Origin: a virus | Reading direction: 5' to 3' (one strand) | Virus record (IMG/VR): IMGVR_UViG_3300027704_000021 | Span: 3,088 to 67,087 of that record | Length of the DNA stretch: 64,000 nt | Shown: piece after piece, positions 1 through 9,737 of the stretch | How the letters are laid out: every line of letters begins with the position of its first letter | Position numbering within the stretch: the first letter of the stretch is position 1 | The notes under the pieces: generated by a model | Told to the model about the DNA's origin: nothing | What the model saw: the letters and a program-made list of their open reading frames with translations, nothing else | Database searches by the model: none | Translations under genes and position numbers: made by a program

Positions 1-373
1 CAAGCAGATACCGATAAAGATGGTAAAGATGATGCAACCGGTGAGCCAATGAAAGCAACTGGCAAAGTTGTACCTCAAGCAGATACCGATAAAGATGGTA
101 AAGATGATGCAACCGGTGAGCCAATGAAAGCAAAAGCCCCAGGTGCAGACGCAGGTAAAGTAGCTAAAGCTAGTGATGGTCAAGAATATACTTGGTTAGG
201 TGCCCAGTGGCAAAACAATACTTCAAAGAAGATGGCAACTAAAGCTATTGCACAAGAATTAGGAAATCCTGCTAAGGATGGAGCTGCCAAATGGAGCTGC
301 CAAAGATACAGCACCGCCGCAAGCAGACACTGACCAAGACGGTAAAGATGATGCAACTGGTCAGCCAATGAAA
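1..373 (+). repeat. Coding repeat: 1-58 identical to 76-133 (75-bp period), diverged third copy at about 320-373
   Basis: Direct comparison of CAAGCAGATACCGATAAAGATGGTAAAGATGATGCAACCGGTGAGCCAATGAAA copies. Confidence 0.9.
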
Positions 374-670
374 CCCGCTGGTGCTGGACAACCTGCAACT
401 GCTGGTGACCCAGGAACAACAACAGCTATAGACTTAAAAACATTGGCAGGCGAAATTAAACAAGCAGGTCCACAAGTAGTAGCACTAGTGATAGCTCAAC
501 TTACAGCTAAAGCTCCTGCAGCACCTGCTAAAGCTCCTGTAGCTAAAGCTAAAGCACCCGGAGCGCCTACTCAAGCAGCTAATGTTGCAGCTAGGCGTAA
601 GAAAGTTTCCGCAAGTATAGATACTGAAATTGATTCGTTGATTGCTGAATTAGACGCAGTTATGCGTTAG
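1..670 (+). CDS. 3' part of a low-complexity Ala/Lys/Asp-rich protein with QADTD(K/Q)DGKDDATG(E/Q)PMK repeats; split by a 13-bp duplication
   Basis: ORFs 49..333 and 278..670 fuse in frame if one copy of ATGGAGCTGCCAA (278-290 = 291-303) is removed; the frame is open from position 1. Confidence 0.7.
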
Positions 671-897
671 AAGAATGGGAGACCGCTTGTTTTAGTTGTT
701 TCTAAATTTTCTTTAACAATGTCACTCATTAATGATCTATCATCATGACATGTAGCAAAGCCTTCATCAAGAGTCATACCTCCACGCATATACCAACAAA
801 GTTTCATAACTTCTGATCTAATCTCTTTTTGTTGGTTTTCCATATGTTTAACTTCTTCTAGGATCTCAGCTACCGACCAGGCTAGGATCCTTATGCG
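667..897 (-). CDS. gp51-like baseplate hub assembly / tail chaperone C-terminal ORF; probably reached by -1 frameshift, or from the internal ATG at 843 (58 aa)
   Basis: Manual translation RIRILAWSVAEILEEVKHMENQQKEIRSEVMKLCWYMRGGMTLDEGFATCHDDRSLMSDIVKENLETTKTSGLPFF*; lies directly after the gp26-like gene; absent from the ORF track. Confidence 0.7.
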   Translation of the reverse strand, partial: RIRILAWSVAEILEEVKHMENQQKEIRSEVMKLCWYMRGGMTLDEGFATCHDDRSLMSDIVKENLETTKTSGLPFF

Positions 898-1760
898 AAA
901 AAATTTGATTGATCAAAGGTGATTGGAATTTCCCACTCAGCAGGAGCACCTGCTTCAATATCTTCTTTGGAAGATTTAACTTGGATAGGTTCAAGACTAA
1001 ACTTAGCTCTTTGAATATCAAGATGATCGGTAATAAACTTAAAAAACTCTTTGTCAGTATTTTTAATAAATTCGTCAATGTGTTCTCTATCACTAACAGT
1101 AGTATCGCCAATCTGAATTGAATGAATACTTTTAGCAAGAACTGTAATTGTAAGATCTGTAAGTTTCTTAAAGCTTTGATTAAACTTGCCTAATTTTTCT
1201 TCATCGGGCATTGTTTCGTCATTAACTAACGCAAAGATACGTTGCTCTTCAAACGTTTTTAAACTACTATCGGTAAATTCTCTATAGCTTAATGGTCTAA
1301 TAGTAACTTGCATATCGTTAATAGCAACAACGTTTTCGTATTCAACAGTTACTAGCTTGTTAAGCATTTGACGTAAATCTACTCCAAAAGTTTTATCTTC
1401 GCCTGTGCCAGGCTCTTTAGTAGTAATCTCCATGTCGTCACCGTAAGTTGCAATACGTATAGCAATTAATGAAGCATCTAAATCAATACTAGGCATTTGC
1501 CAAGGATCAACAATGCTTGGAATGCAACTTTTAATCATTTCAACAGTAGCTTGCCCATTAAGCAAAGCATCTGGAGTCTTCATAGTAAGTTCATCTCTTG
1601 CTGTCATTGCGTACACTGGTAATTCGCCATTCTCTGGCAGGTTAAGTGTACCATCTGTGTAGAATTTACCTTTACTAGGTAAAGTAATATATACTTTAGG
1701 TTGCCTAAAGTATTTTTTTAATGGGTTTGCTTCCATTGAAGTCTGGTTCGAATCTGCCAT
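891..1760 (-). CDS. T4 gp26-like baseplate hub subunit / tail assembly chaperone
   Basis: NPLKKYFRQPKVYITLPSKGKFY, DLDASLIAIRIATYG motifs and C-terminal ITFDQSNFF typical of gp26-like proteins; adjacent to tape measure gene; RBS GGAGA. Confidence 0.7.
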   Translation of the reverse strand: MADSNQTSMEANPLKKYFRQPKVYITLPSKGKFYTDGTLNLPENGELPVYAMTARDELTMKTPDALLNGQATVEMIKSCIPSIVDPWQMPSIDLDASLIAIRIATYGDDMEITTKEPGTGEDKTFGVDLRQMLNKLVTVEYENVVAINDMQVTIRPLSYREFTDSSLKTFEEQRIFALVNDETMPDEEKLGKFNQSFKKLTDLTITVLAKSIHSIQIGDTTVSDREHIDEFIKNTDKEFFKFITDHLDIQRAKFSLEPIQVKSSKEDIEAGAPAEWEIPITFDQSNFFA

Positions 1761-1838
1761 AACATTTCTCCGTATAAATACAATATGTAAATACTTATCT
1801 CAATTATTTATATACGTAGTTAACTTGGATGATAGAAC

Positions 1839-4800
1839 GTGGCAGAACAAACAGAAATTAGTAATGTAGGCGGTGATGGTGTAGCTAGTGAAGTTACTCT
1901 ATTAAGGCTTGTCAGCACGATTGAAGCGTGGGCAAAGAAATCTGGCGTTGATCCGAAGGCTGAAGCTGCTAAATTACAGAAGCTACATAATGAAGCAGTT
2001 AAAAGCGGCATTACTACATTTGATGATACTAGAACAGGTTTAAACAAGTTTGGCAAATCTACTGGTAAAGCTACAACAAGCTTAAATAAATTTTCTAGAG
2101 CAGCTATGGGTGCAACTTTAGGAGCATTGTCTCAAGTTGCAGGCGCACTTAAAGGAATAGGCAACGAGTTACTACAAGGTGGCGACAACGTTGGCGACTT
2201 TACTAAACACATTCCGTTACTTGGTTCTGCTCTTGCACCTCTTGCTGGATTAATTGATAATAGTGTTGAATCTTATAGACAGCTATCTAGTGTAGGTGGT
2301 AACTTAGGAAATAGTATAACAGGTGTAAGAAAAGCTGCTGCGGCTATGGAAATGAACATGGATGAGTATAGTTCCTTTATTGTAGGAAACTCAGAAGCGT
2401 TAAGGATGCTAGGCGGAACAGTAGGGCAAGGACAAGAACGTTTTAAAAGGATGAATGAGAATATAAAGAAGTCGGGAGACTTTTCATCTTTAAAGAATTT
2501 AGGTTTTACTGTTACTGAAGTTAACGAAGGTATGGCAGACTATATTCAATTGCAGAGAAACTTAGGTACACTTGAAGGTAAAACTAATGCAGAACTAGCT
2601 GCAGGATCAGCTGATTATTTAAAACAAATTGATATGCTTGCAAGAGTAACAGGCATGACCCGGAAAGAAGCAGAAGCTTCATTAGCATCGCAAGCTACTG
2701 AAGCAGGACTACGGGGAATGCTAAATGCATTTAGAAATGCTGACGGCACTTTAAGTGAAGGCGGTAAAAATCTTCAAATCAGTATGGGACTACTTGACAA
2801 AGTCGGCGGCGTTGCAGGTGATGCAATGAAAGACATGATAGACGGCACCATGAACCACGAAGCAACCGGTAAGTTTTTAGCGGCATTAGGCGACGGCGGT
2901 CCAGCAGTTCAAGAAGCTTTAAAACAAATAGGACAAGGTGCTGATCCGCAAGTCTTACTAGATGCGTTTAAGGTTGCTGGTGGCTCCTTAGAAAAATTTG
3001 CTATGATTGACACTGGTGATAAAATTGCAGATGCACAATCTAGAAGAGCATTTATTGAAAGCATAAGACAGTCACAACCTGAGGTAGCCGCTGCATTAGA
3101 TGCTGCTGTTCAGTTGAACGAATTAGGAGGAATGAACCTCAAGGCAGCTAAACAAGATCAAAAGAAAGCAGACGCAACAACAAAGTCTATGACTACGTTT
3201 GAAGACTCTATTAAGGGATTACGCGGCACTATTCAAACAGCACTTATGGATAGTGGATTATTTGAAATGCTTGGCACAGCACTGGGCGAACTTGGAGATC
3301 TGTTTGCTTCACCAGAAATGAAAGAAAGTATTCAAGATATTGCAAAAGTTATTAAAACTACTATTGGCGAATGGATGGCTGTCTTTAAAGAAGGCGGACT
3401 AAAAGCTGTTTGGGATAAAGCAATTGGTGGATTAAAAGATATGCTTGGCGATATATTCAGCTCAATGTTTTCAAGCGGAACAGTAATTAAAGGACTTGTA
3501 ATTGCAGTTGGAGCATTGTTTGCAGCCAAGTTAGTTAAAAATGCCCTGTCAAAATCACTTGGCGGTATTGGCAAATCATTAGGCTTTGGAGGCAATCCTG
3601 CAACATCAGGTAAAAGTCTTCCTATGGGCGGCGGTGGTGGCGGTGGCGCCAGCGGCAAAGCTGGTGGCGGTGGTGGCCTTGGAAAAAGCATTGGTGGCAT
3701 CGGTAAAGGAATAGGTAAAGGCCTTGGCGGCATACTAAAAGGTCTAGCAGGAGGTATTTCAGCATTTGCTAATCCAGCAGTTGTATTAGGTGCAGCGGCA
3801 TTAGGTGCAGCAATAGTATTAATAGGTGGCGCAATTGCAGGCGCTGTTTGGATGGTTGGTAAATCATTGCCTACTATGGCAGACGGCATGCAGTCTTTTG
3901 AACAATTAGACGGTGCTAAATTAATATCAGCAGGAAAAGGCATGGGAGCAATTGCTCTTGGTATGGCTGCATTTGGTGCAGGGTCAGCAATTAGCGGACT
4001 AGGAAGTTTAGTAGGTGGAATAACTCAAGGCATTGTTGGATTGTTTGGTGGAGACGATCCATTAACTAAAATGGAAAAGTTCTCTAATGCTAATATTGAT
4101 GGAGCAAAGGTTAAAACAAATGCAGAAGCACTAACAGCATTTAGTACTGCTATGTCAGCAGCGTCTAGTGCGTCTAATGCAGGACTTTCAGATATTGCCG
4201 GTGCAATTGCCGGTGGTATTGCAGGATTCTTTGGAGCAACAGATCCAGTAAATCAGTTAAAGAAGTTTGGCGAAGCAGTAATTGATACTAAGAAAGTTGA
4301 ATTAAATGCAGCTGCGATGATAGCATTTAGTACAGCAATGGCTACTGCTACAAAACCTCCAGAAGGTGTATCATCAGCAATTGGTAATGCAATTGCAGGA
4401 TTCTTTGGCGCCACTAATCCAGTAGAGCAATTAAAACTATTTGGTGACACTAAAATTAATTCAGTCCAAGTTGCTACTAACGCTGGCGCTATGATAGCGT
4501 TTAATACAGCAATGAGCGGTGCAGTAACTATTGACCAAACTATTTCAGGAGCTATCGGCGGTGCGATAAACACCTTAATGGCAAATAGTCCAATAGATCA
4601 ACTTGTCAAGTTTGCAGCAGTAGCTATTGACGGTGTTGCAGTTAAGTCAAATGCAGAATCTATGATAGCATTTGGAACAGCAATGTCAGCAATGCCTAGT
4701 AAGATGCCAGGTGATGGAGCGTTTGCATCTTTTGGTAAAGCTATTGCTGGCTTCTTTGGCGCAGACACTCCGTTTGATCAAGTAAAAGATTTTGGTGATA

Positions 4801-5294
4801 TGGATCTTAACTCTGCAAAGGTTAAAATAAATGCAGAAGCTATGGTATCGTTTGGTAACGCAATGTCTTCACTTCCAACTGGAATGGGAGAAATAACCTT
4901 ACACAAGCACTTTGCTAGTAGAATGCAAGACTTAGGCGAGACTAACCCAGACGGAATAAAAGCTGTAGGCGTAGCATTAGCAAGTCTTGGATCTGCTCCT
5001 GGACTAGAATCAAGCTTAAAAACATTAAAATCTGCATTAGATGCTGATGCAGCTGACGATTATAAAGATTCTATTGTAGAACTAAAGGATGAATTTAAAA
5101 AATTAAACGATGAAATGGCTAAGTCAAACAAACTTGCTAACACTCGTGCTGGCAGAGCTGCCAGCAAGGCGGCCGGAGAAAGCTCAGATCAGTTAAATAC
5201 TACGATGACAAACATACAGACTATTTTGTTAGAACTGAGTTCTGATGCAAAGGATACTCGAAAGTTTACTAAGAAACTTGCTGATGAAGTATAG
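1839..5294 (+). CDS. Probable tail tape measure protein (1151 aa, GTG start)
   Basis: Long helical Ala/Gly-rich protein with hydrophobic segments and repeated IAGFFGA..P..QLK.FG units; next to tail chaperone genes. Confidence 0.7.
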   Translation: MAEQTEISNVGGDGVASEVTLLRLVSTIEAWAKKSGVDPKAEAAKLQKLHNEAVKSGITTFDDTRTGLNKFGKSTGKATTSLNKFSRAAMGATLGALSQVAGALKGIGNELLQGGDNVGDFTKHIPLLGSALAPLAGLIDNSVESYRQLSSVGGNLGNSITGVRKAAAAMEMNMDEYSSFIVGNSEALRMLGGTVGQGQERFKRMNENIKKSGDFSSLKNLGFTVTEVNEGMADYIQLQRNLGTLEGKTNAELAAGSADYLKQIDMLARVTGMTRKEAEASLASQATEAGLRGMLNAFRNADGTLSEGGKNLQISMGLLDKVGGVAGDAMKDMIDGTMNHEATGKFLAALGDGGPAVQEALKQIGQGADPQVLLDAFKVAGGSLEKFAMIDTGDKIADAQSRRAFIESIRQSQPEVAAALDAAVQLNELGGMNLKAAKQDQKKADATTKSMTTFEDSIKGLRGTIQTALMDSGLFEMLGTALGELGDLFASPEMKESIQDIAKVIKTTIGEWMAVFKEGGLKAVWDKAIGGLKDMLGDIFSSMFSSGTVIKGLVIAVGALFAAKLVKNALSKSLGGIGKSLGFGGNPATSGKSLPMGGGGGGGASGKAGGGGGLGKSIGGIGKGIGKGLGGILKGLAGGISAFANPAVVLGAAALGAAIVLIGGAIAGAVWMVGKSLPTMADGMQSFEQLDGAKLISAGKGMGAIALGMAAFGAGSAISGLGSLVGGITQGIVGLFGGDDPLTKMEKFSNANIDGAKVKTNAEALTAFSTAMSAASSASNAGLSDIAGAIAGGIAGFFGATDPVNQLKKFGEAVIDTKKVELNAAAMIAFSTAMATATKPPEGVSSAIGNAIAGFFGATNPVEQLKLFGDTKINSVQVATNAGAMIAFNTAMSGAVTIDQTISGAIGGAINTLMANSPIDQLVKFAAVAIDGVAVKSNAESMIAFGTAMSAMPSKMPGDGAFASFGKAIAGFFGADTPFDQVKDFGDMDLNSAKVKINAEAMVSFGNAMSSLPTGMGEITLHKHFASRMQDLGETNPDGIKAVGVALASLGSAPGLESSLKTLKSALDADAADDYKDSIVELKDEFKKLNDEMAKSNKLANTRAGRAASKAAGESSDQLNTTMTNIQTILLELSSDAKDTRKFTKKLADEV

Positions 5295-5312
5295 TACGGA
5301 GAAAAATAAAAG

Positions 5313-7064
5313 ATGAGCTGGAAAAAATACTTTACACCTGTTCCAACAGGCGATAATCAAAACGGTAGTTACAGCCCATTCACTGCTCGTAACAGTGGCA
5401 ACCTTGCAGGCCCTGCAAAAACAAATTATTCTAGCTACTTGCCAGATGTATATGTCGGCAGTCCAAACAGAGTTGAGCGTTATAGTCAATATAACACTAT
5501 GGACCAAGACAGTGAAGTTAATGCTGCACTAGATATTCTTGCTGAGTTTTGTTCGCAGAAAAATAAGTCTAACAATACACCTTTCCTTGTTGAATATAAA
5601 AATAAAGCAACCAACAGTGAAATAAACATTATCGGACAGTACTTACAGCAATGGAATAAACTACAACACTTTGAAACAAAGATTTTTAGAATACTTCGTA
5701 ACGTATTTAAATATGGAGATCAGTTTTTTGTAAGAGATCCAGAAACTAAACGCTGGTTTCATGTTGATCCAGCAAACGTAACACGTATTATTGTAAACGA
5801 AAGCGAAGGCAAAACTCCTGAGCAGTATGTTATTAAGAATGTAAACTTTAATTTTAAAGACGGTATTGCTACTACTCCGTATAACACAAACGGAAACATT
5901 GGAAATGCAGGAACTAATCCAGGAAGCACACTAACCGGCGGCCGTGGACAAGTAGGACAGCCAAATGCATCAGCTAGCGGAAGTAGATTTACTACTGACG
6001 ATGGTGAGATGACAGTAGATGCAAAAGATGTAGTGCATTTAAGTTTATCAGAAGGATTAGACAACAACTATCCATTTGGTAATAGCTTACTTGAAACTAT
6101 CTTCAAAGTGTACAAGCAAAAAGAATTGCTTGAAGATGCTATTATTATTTACAGAGTACAACGTGCTCCAGAAAGAAGAGTATTCTATGTTGATGTGGGT
6201 AATATGCCATCTCATCTTGCTATGCAATTTGTAGAGCGTGTTAAGACGGAAATTCATCAAAGACGAATTCCATCGCAGACTGGGGGCGGAACTAATGTCA
6301 TAGACAGTTCATACAATCCTTTGTCAATCAACGAAGATTACTTCTTTCCACAAACTGCTGAAGGGCGTGGATCAAAAGTTGAAACATTACCAGGCGGTAC
6401 TAACCTTGGAGAAATTGATGACCTTAGATATTTTACTAATAAGCTCGTACGTGGTTTACGAATCCCTAGCAGCTATCTACCAACCGGGGCTGACGACAGT
6501 GCTGCTCAATACAATGATGGAAGAGTCGGAACAGCCTATATACAAGAATTAAGATTTAATACATATTGTGAAAGACTACAAAACTTAGTTGTTGAAGAGT
6601 TTGATCAAGAGTTTAAACGATATATCCTTGAAAGAGGAATTAATATCGACACAGCAATGTTTGATCTTAAATTCCAACCACCACAGAACTTTGCAAGCTA
6701 TAGACAGGCTGAGATTGATAATGCTCGTGTACCAACATACACACAAATGGCAGCTATTCCTTACATGTCAAATAGATTTGCACTTAAACGTTTCTTAGGT
6801 ATGAGTGACGAGGAAGTTGCAGAGAATGAACGTATGTGGCGAGAAGAAAATGAAGAGAACTTAGAGCCTATTCCAGGTGAAGCATCAACTGAAATGAGAG
6901 ATGCTGGTATTAGTCCATCAACAATTGGTGGCGATCTTGGCGGCATGGAAGACGAAGTTGAAGGCGATGGCGAAATGCCAGTAGACGGTGGCGAAGGTGC
7001 ATCACCGGATACAGTTACAGGCGCTGAATTAGGTGCGGCACCGGCAACGGACCAAACGGTATAA
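5313..7064 (+). CDS. gp20: Portal protein (T4 gp20-like)
   Basis: LLEDAIIIYRVQRAPERRVFYVDVGNMP and EDYFFPQTAEGRGSKVETLPGGTNLGEIDDLRYF match gp20 hallmarks. Confidence 0.95.
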   Translation: MSWKKYFTPVPTGDNQNGSYSPFTARNSGNLAGPAKTNYSSYLPDVYVGSPNRVERYSQYNTMDQDSEVNAALDILAEFCSQKNKSNNTPFLVEYKNKATNSEINIIGQYLQQWNKLQHFETKIFRILRNVFKYGDQFFVRDPETKRWFHVDPANVTRIIVNESEGKTPEQYVIKNVNFNFKDGIATTPYNTNGNIGNAGTNPGSTLTGGRGQVGQPNASASGSRFTTDDGEMTVDAKDVVHLSLSEGLDNNYPFGNSLLETIFKVYKQKELLEDAIIIYRVQRAPERRVFYVDVGNMPSHLAMQFVERVKTEIHQRRIPSQTGGGTNVIDSSYNPLSINEDYFFPQTAEGRGSKVETLPGGTNLGEIDDLRYFTNKLVRGLRIPSSYLPTGADDSAAQYNDGRVGTAYIQELRFNTYCERLQNLVVEEFDQEFKRYILERGINIDTAMFDLKFQPPQNFASYRQAEIDNARVPTYTQMAAIPYMSNRFALKRFLGMSDEEVAENERMWREENEENLEPIPGEASTEMRDAGISPSTIGGDLGGMEDEVEGDGEMPVDGGEGASPDTVTGAELGAAPATDQTV

Positions 7065-7067
7065 ATA
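7060..7067 (+). promoter_or_regulatory. T4-type late promoter TATAAATA; similar (T/G)ATAAATA or TAAATA boxes at about 1773, 8084, 12577, 15183, 16693, 23848, 28995, 33608, 37325, 53072, 54942, 58494, 59249, 61592, 62119, 63890 and on the minus strand at about 53059 and 54879
   Basis: T4 gp55-dependent late consensus recurring in the short intergenic gaps before structural genes. Confidence 0.8.
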
Positions 7068-7072
7068 ACAGT

Positions 7073-7315
7073 ATGATACTACGAGAATTATTTTATTTTG
7101 ATAAAGAGTCTGTTGAGGCAGTAGACGATAAACGCTACGAGCCGGAGTATGACGATTCACCTATGAAAAAGAGCGACACACGTAAGACTCGTTTAAAACT
7201 GTTTCAAATTAACAGGTTACGTAAATCATCTGAACTACATACAGAGGAAAAGCAAAAAGAACTTGAGTTCGTTAAGCAAATGTATGGTATTGCAGCTAAC
7301 GCAGAAGCTGTATAA
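7073..7315 (+). CDS. Small head-module hypothetical protein
   Basis: 80-aa ORF directly after portal, preceded by a late promoter. Confidence 0.75.
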   Translation: MILRELFYFDKESVEAVDDKRYEPEYDDSPMKKSDTRKTRLKLFQINRLRKSSELHTEEKQKELEFVKQMYGIAANAEAV

Positions 7316-7323
7316 AGAGATGA

Positions 7324-8025
7324 ATGAAAAAATATATTCCTGGTGAAACTAAAGCACAGCGTAAAGTCCGCAAAAATCTAAACAAGAACCCTAACACAAC
7401 AAAACAAACTACTGTAGAGACAGTTAAGACTGTAACTAATCAACATAACATTGCATTTGTAATTGGCAATGGTACAAGTAGAAATCCAATAAGCTTAGAA
7501 AGTTTACGACCATTAGGTGAAATATACGGATGTAATGCTGTATACAGGGATTTTATGCCTGATCATCTTGTAGCAGTTGATACAAAAATGGTTCTTGAAA
7601 TTAACAAGGCAGGAATACAACATCGTGTTCCTACATGGACTAATCCTAATCGTGCATACAATGAAATGACAGGATTTAACTTCTTTCAACCATCAAAAGG
7701 TTGGAGTAGTGGCCCTACTGCACTATGGTTAGCATCTGATACAACAAAATATGATACTATCTATATTTTAGGATTTGATTACGAAGGAACAGGTACATTA
7801 GTAAATAATATTTACGCAGGCACACAAAACTATAAGGCACCAACAGAAAAAGCAACGTATTATGGCAATTGGCTCAAGCAGACCATAATTACTTGCCAGA
7901 ATAATCCAGAAAAGAGATATATAAGAGTAGTAGGAGACAGTTTTATTACTCCTCCGGAGTTATTGAAACTAGAAAATATCGAGAATATGTATGTTAAGGA
8001 TTTTAAAAATTCCTTTAATATCTGA
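7324..8025 (+). CDS. Putative glycosyltransferase-like protein (Maf/DUF115 or sialyltransferase-like fold)
   Basis: AFVIGNGTSR, IYGCNAVYRD, GWSSGP, IYILGFD motif series. Confidence 0.5.
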   Translation: MKKYIPGETKAQRKVRKNLNKNPNTTKQTTVETVKTVTNQHNIAFVIGNGTSRNPISLESLRPLGEIYGCNAVYRDFMPDHLVAVDTKMVLEINKAGIQHRVPTWTNPNRAYNEMTGFNFFQPSKGWSSGPTALWLASDTTKYDTIYILGFDYEGTGTLVNNIYAGTQNYKAPTEKATYYGNWLKQTIITCQNNPEKRYIRVVGDSFITPPELLKLENIENMYVKDFKNSFNI

Positions 8026-8146
8026 CAAAATATTGAAATGGTTCGTTTTGAGCCTATAACTACGTGCTTTTCTGTGAATAGAGTAAATATATTATGACAG
8101 CCCATACCCAATCGGTATGTACAATACATTTAATAGGAGAGTAAAA

Positions 8147-9082
8147 ATGGCAGATCGCAATAAATTTGAACATATGCTAGAATTGCTTGTCAATGAAGAC
8201 AAGGAAGCAGCAGAAAAATTATTCCACGAGATTGTGGTAGAAAAATCCAGAGATATCTATGAAGGTCTTTTAGAAGACGACAAAGATGTTGATGAAGCAT
8301 CAGACGAAGAAGTTGAAGAAGCTTCTAAAGATGATGACGAAGATAAAGATGACGCAGTTGATGAAGCTTCCGATGAAGAAGTTGAAGAAGACGACGACGA
8401 AGAAGTTAAAGAAAACTTTGACTTAGACGAGTTTGAAGTCGAAGCTGATCCAATGGATGTAGGCGGCGATGCAACTGACGAATTAGAAAAAGATCTAGAC
8501 GGCGATAGTGACGACGATGATGACGCACCAGAAGGTGATGTTGAAGATCGTGTTGAAGACTTAGAAGACGCACTAGACGACCTAAAAGCAGAATTTGAAA
8601 AAATGATGTCAGGTGACGAAGGCGAAGACGACGGCGAAGAAGCTGACGACGATGCTGAAGGCGGCGAAGAAGATGATGCGGGCATGCCAGATTTAGGTAT
8701 GGACGACGAAACTGAAGAGTCTGCAGGCGAAGAGCCTTTCCAGGCAACAATTACACCTTTATCAGCTGGTGAGCAAATGCGTGAATACGTAGAAAAAGTA
8801 TCAGCTAAAATGGGCGACAACGGAGCAAACACTAAAAGTTCAGTTGCAGGCTCAAATAACATGGGCGGCACAGCAGGCAACTTAGTACAAGGTACTGAAG
8901 AGTCAGGTGGCGAGCATGCTGGTCTAGGCGATATGAACGCTAAAGACCAAGACGGCGGCAATGTAAATGTACCAGGCGGAAAAGCTTCTAAATCTTTAAA
9001 AGCAGCTCCAGGCCACGGTGCAGAGAAAAAAGGCAAGCCAGAAGCAGCAGCTGACAAGTCATCGCTTATCGGCAGCAAGTAA
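8147..9082 (+). CDS. Highly acidic prohead core/scaffold-type protein
   Basis: Asp/Glu-rich; between portal and protease like T4 gp67/gp68; RBS AGGAGA favours ATG at 8147 over 8117. Confidence 0.65.
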   Translation: MADRNKFEHMLELLVNEDKEAAEKLFHEIVVEKSRDIYEGLLEDDKDVDEASDEEVEEASKDDDEDKDDAVDEASDEEVEEDDDEEVKENFDLDEFEVEADPMDVGGDATDELEKDLDGDSDDDDDAPEGDVEDRVEDLEDALDDLKAEFEKMMSGDEGEDDGEEADDDAEGGEEDDAGMPDLGMDDETEESAGEEPFQATITPLSAGEQMREYVEKVSAKMGDNGANTKSSVAGSNNMGGTAGNLVQGTEESGGEHAGLGDMNAKDQDGGNVNVPGGKASKSLKAAPGHGAEKKGKPEAAADKSSLIGSK

Positions 9083-9097
9083 GTTAAGGAAGACTGA

Positions 9098-9721
9098 ATG
9101 ATACAGCTACAAGAGAACTTGACATTTGACCAGGCGAAGATGGTAGTCGAATCTTCCACTGAAGGTAAAGACCTTTATTTAAAAGGTATTATTATCCAAG
9201 GTGGAATTCGAAATGCTAATCAGCGAGTGTATCCTGTAAATGAAATTGGCAGGGCTGTCAAAACTCTCAACGATCAAATCACTGGAGGATATAGCGTTCT
9301 CGGAGAAGTTGATCATCCAGATGGACTTAACGTTAACCTTGACCGGGTATCGCACATGATTACGGAAACGTGGATGGAAGATGCAAATGGTTATGGAAAA
9401 ATGAAGATATTACCGACCCCTATGGGACAACTAGTTAAAACAATGCTTGAGAGCGGAGTTAAACTAGGTGTTTCGTCTAGGGGATCGGGTAATGTTTCCG
9501 AAGACGGAAGCGGCGAAGTTTCCGACTTTGAAATAATTACGGTAGACGTAGTAGCACAACCAAGTGCTCCAGGCGCTTACCCAACTCCGATATACGAGCA
9601 CCTAATGAATGCACGTGGCGGAATGAAGGCATACGAAATGGCACAGGCAACAAGACACGATCCAAAGGCACAGAAGTATCTAAAGGAATCGCTAATAAAT
9701 ATTATTAGCAAACTCCAATAA
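9098..9721 (+). CDS. gp21: Prohead protease (T4 gp21-like)
   Basis: NANQRVYP, LGEVDHP, ILPTPMGQLV, GVSSRGSG, DVVAQPSAPGAY. Confidence 0.95.
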   Translation: MIQLQENLTFDQAKMVVESSTEGKDLYLKGIIIQGGIRNANQRVYPVNEIGRAVKTLNDQITGGYSVLGEVDHPDGLNVNLDRVSHMITETWMEDANGYGKMKILPTPMGQLVKTMLESGVKLGVSSRGSGNVSEDGSGEVSDFEIITVDVVAQPSAPGAYPTPIYEHLMNARGGMKAYEMAQATRHDPKAQKYLKESLINIISKLQ

Positions 9722-9737
9722 ACTAGGAGAAGAAAGT

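Noticed and set aside
1-373. CRISPR-like repeat array
   Set aside because: Repeats are 58 nt, in frame within a coding sequence and encode a peptide repeat; no repeat-spacer periodicity or cas genes.
8257-9159. 300-aa Ser-rich antisense ORF, and similar ones at 3332-3943, 47502-48176, 16678-17091 and 50845-51300
   Set aside because: Shadow frames of biased real genes on the opposite strand; no RBS or recognisable motifs.
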